From: Mobula hypostoma
Lineage: Eukaryota
Assembly: GCF_963921235.1 (NCBI RefSeq)
Contig: NC_086097.1
Location: 212,414,001 to 212,478,000 of the forward strand
Length of the DNA stretch: 64,000 nucleotides
Direction: 5' to 3'
Shown: piece after piece, positions 61,755-64,000 of the stretch
Numbering within the stretch: position 1 is the stretch's first letter
Layout: every line of letters begins with the position of its first letter
The notes under the pieces: generated by a model
What the model saw: the letters and a program-made list of their open reading frames with translations, nothing else
The model's database searches: none
What the model was told of the DNA's origin: nothing
Translations under genes and position numbers: made by a program

Positions 61755-62960
61755 GCAGAGATTTGATATGTCACCAAAGATTCTAGCAAACTTCTAAAGA
61801 TGTACCGTGGGGAGCATTCCAATAGATTGCATCACTATCTCGAATGGAGGGGCCAATGCATAGGAGTGGAAAAGGCTGCAGAGGGTTGTAAACGCAGCAA
61901 GGCTGTGTACTCAGCCCCCTGCTGTACTCACTGTACACCCATGATTGTGTAGCCAAGTTTCCATCAAACTCAATATATAGGTTTGCTGATGACACAACAA
62001 TTGTAGGCCGTATCTCGGGTAATGATGACTTTGAGTACAGAGAGGAAATTAAGAACCTGGTGACATGGTGCGAAGACAATAACCTATCCCTCAACGTCAG
62101 CAAGATGAAGGAATTGGTTGTTGACTTCAGAAGGAGTAGCGGACCGCACAACCCAACTTACATCGGTGGTGTGCAAGTGGAGCAGGTCAAAAGCTTTAAG
62201 TTCCTGGGGGTCAATATCACAAATGACCTGATTTGGTCCAACCAAGCAGAGTTCACTGCCAAGAAGGCCCACCAGCGCCTTTAATTCCTGAGAAAACTGA
62301 AGAAATTTGGCCTGTCGCCTAAAACCCTCACTAATTTTTATAGTTGCACCGTAGAAAGCATTCTTATAGCGTGCATCACAACCTGGTATGGAAGTTGTCC
62401 TGTCCAAGACCGAAAGAAGCTGCAGAAGATCGTGAACACGGCGCAGCACATCACACAAACCAATCTTCCGTCCATGGACTCACTTTACACTGCACGCTGT
62501 CGGAGCAGTGCTGCCAGGATAATCAAGGACATGACCCACCCAGCCAACAGACTTTTTGTCCCTCTTCCCTCCGGGAGAAGGTTCAGGAGCTTGAAGACTT
62601 GTTCAGGATTAATCAGGTCACGTTATGAACGTTCCTGACTCGACGCTTGTATTTTTTACGAGGCCGAGTGGCTAGCTCCACACTCAACCCAGCATGGATG
62701 GAAAGCGTGCTCAGGGATGGGCCTGACCTGGATTCGAACTCGGGAACCTTCACTCTGGAGTCCAGCGCTGATCTCACTGCGTCACCAGCCAGCCGGACTC
62801 CAGAGCGGGATCATTGGCACTAACCTCCCCACCATCAAGGACATCCTCAAAAGGCTATGGCTCAAAAAGATGGCATCCATCATTAAGAACCCACCCCCCC
62901 AACCAAAACATGCCCTCTTCTCATTACTACGATCAGAGAGGAGATATGGCTACCTGAAGA
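61755..62960 (+). mobile_element. Rex1/Babar fragments (older host plus a better-preserved insert at about 61895-62600)
   Basis: QGCVLSPLLYSLYTHDC, RFADDTT, WCEDNNLSLNVSKMKELVVDFRR; host sequence resumes at about 62800. Confidence 0.85.
62605..62794 (-). mobile_element. tRNA-headed SINE with an RTE-5'UTR-like segment
   Basis: Minus strand: ggctggctggtgacgcagtg (A box), gagttcgaatcc (B box), then gggttgagtgtggagctagccactcggcctcgtaaaaaa. Confidence 0.7.
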
Positions 62961-62978
62961 CAGACAGACAGACAGACA

Positions 62979-63014
<36 letters not shown>

Positions 63015-63034
63015 CACACACACAAACACACACA
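62959..63034. repeat. (CAGA)n(CA)n microsatellite
   Basis: Directly visible. Confidence 0.9.
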
Positions 63035-64000
63035 AAATAAGTTCACTGGCAGCACAAGACACAATCAAGGTATGAAAACCTACGGGATTAATGCTATTGT
63101 GCTCAGATAATGCAAGCAGAAAGTAAAAGTTTCAGCTTCAGACTCTATGGTTACCACTAAGACTAATTCAATTATTAAAACAAAATAAACCATTGATCAA
63201 CAATGAAAGAGATCAGGTTACATACTTCACACAACTGGGCCACTGATTCAATTAATTCAATTACTCAACCAACCAGTGTTGCATGGCAGGGCTCGGAGAA
63301 AAAATAATCTGCAGCACTGCTTGCCAATGGAAAGTTTAGGGAAGCATAACAATTTTAACATGGGGATAAACTATAGAACAGTGCTTACTGATTTTAGACC
63401 ATTCTTGGATAGGCTGGTTTGTTGCGGTTCATTTACTTTCATCTCAAAGTAGCTAAATTTCCTGCTTTCCTCTAAACCAATTTACTTTTCCTAGCTTTCT
63501 CTGTATATTCTTTTAAGTTCCTTTCTTTAAGTAACTAACCAAAGCCCTTCTGTATGCTGCTATTGATTTGATATCAGTCATCAGTTGAGGCAAAATATTC
63601 CATGTTCAATAACAAAGTTTCTTTTTATCTTGTTTTGTGAACTAGTGGCTATCTTGTTAACAGGACTTCATTCCATTTATCCATCAGTAAAAGTACCTCT
63701 TTTTCATCTGTCTGTTCTCTTTAATCACCTTGAACAGCTCAAAATGAATCTTTTGTCTATTCAAGACAATACCAGTCCATGTCACCCTGGCCTTTGCTCA
63801 CAAATCATTGCTGTCAAATCCAGCCTCATTCTTGTAAATCCATGTTGTTCTTTCTCCTGGATTGGATCAGTTAAACTGGCCACAGTAGGAGAGAAATTTT
63901 CTTACACTCCCCGCTACTGTTGGTGGTTTTCTTTGGTGAATAATGGTACACATCTACAATTTTTCACCCATCATAGTCAATGGAAGGAATATTTCAGCCT

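Overview
Vertebrate genomic DNA, most likely from a cartilaginous fish and probably a ray (inferred from the repeat families: CR1, Rex1/Babar, V-SINE/HE1-like, Penelope-derived repeats). The whole window appears to lie inside the TOX gene on the minus strand. One 243-bp phase-0/phase-0 coding exon (27382-27624) matches vertebrate TOX exon 3, and I found no other TOX exon. The rest is intronic: unique AT-rich stretches, some with candidate enhancer motifs, and a dense, heavily nested set of decayed transposons. These include CR1 LINEs, Rex1/Babar LINEs, a two-LTR Gypsy element, a Hero-type restriction-endonuclease LINE, hAT/Mariner/Tigger non-autonomous DNA elements, tRNA-derived SINEs, RTE-related elements, a 24-bp minisatellite and many Penelope-derived terminal repeats carrying minimal hammerhead-ribozyme cores, several arranged as inverted pairs. 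Almost all ORFs in the track are transposon remnants or spurious. Family assignments come from motif recognition, not database searches, and boundaries of old elements are approximate.
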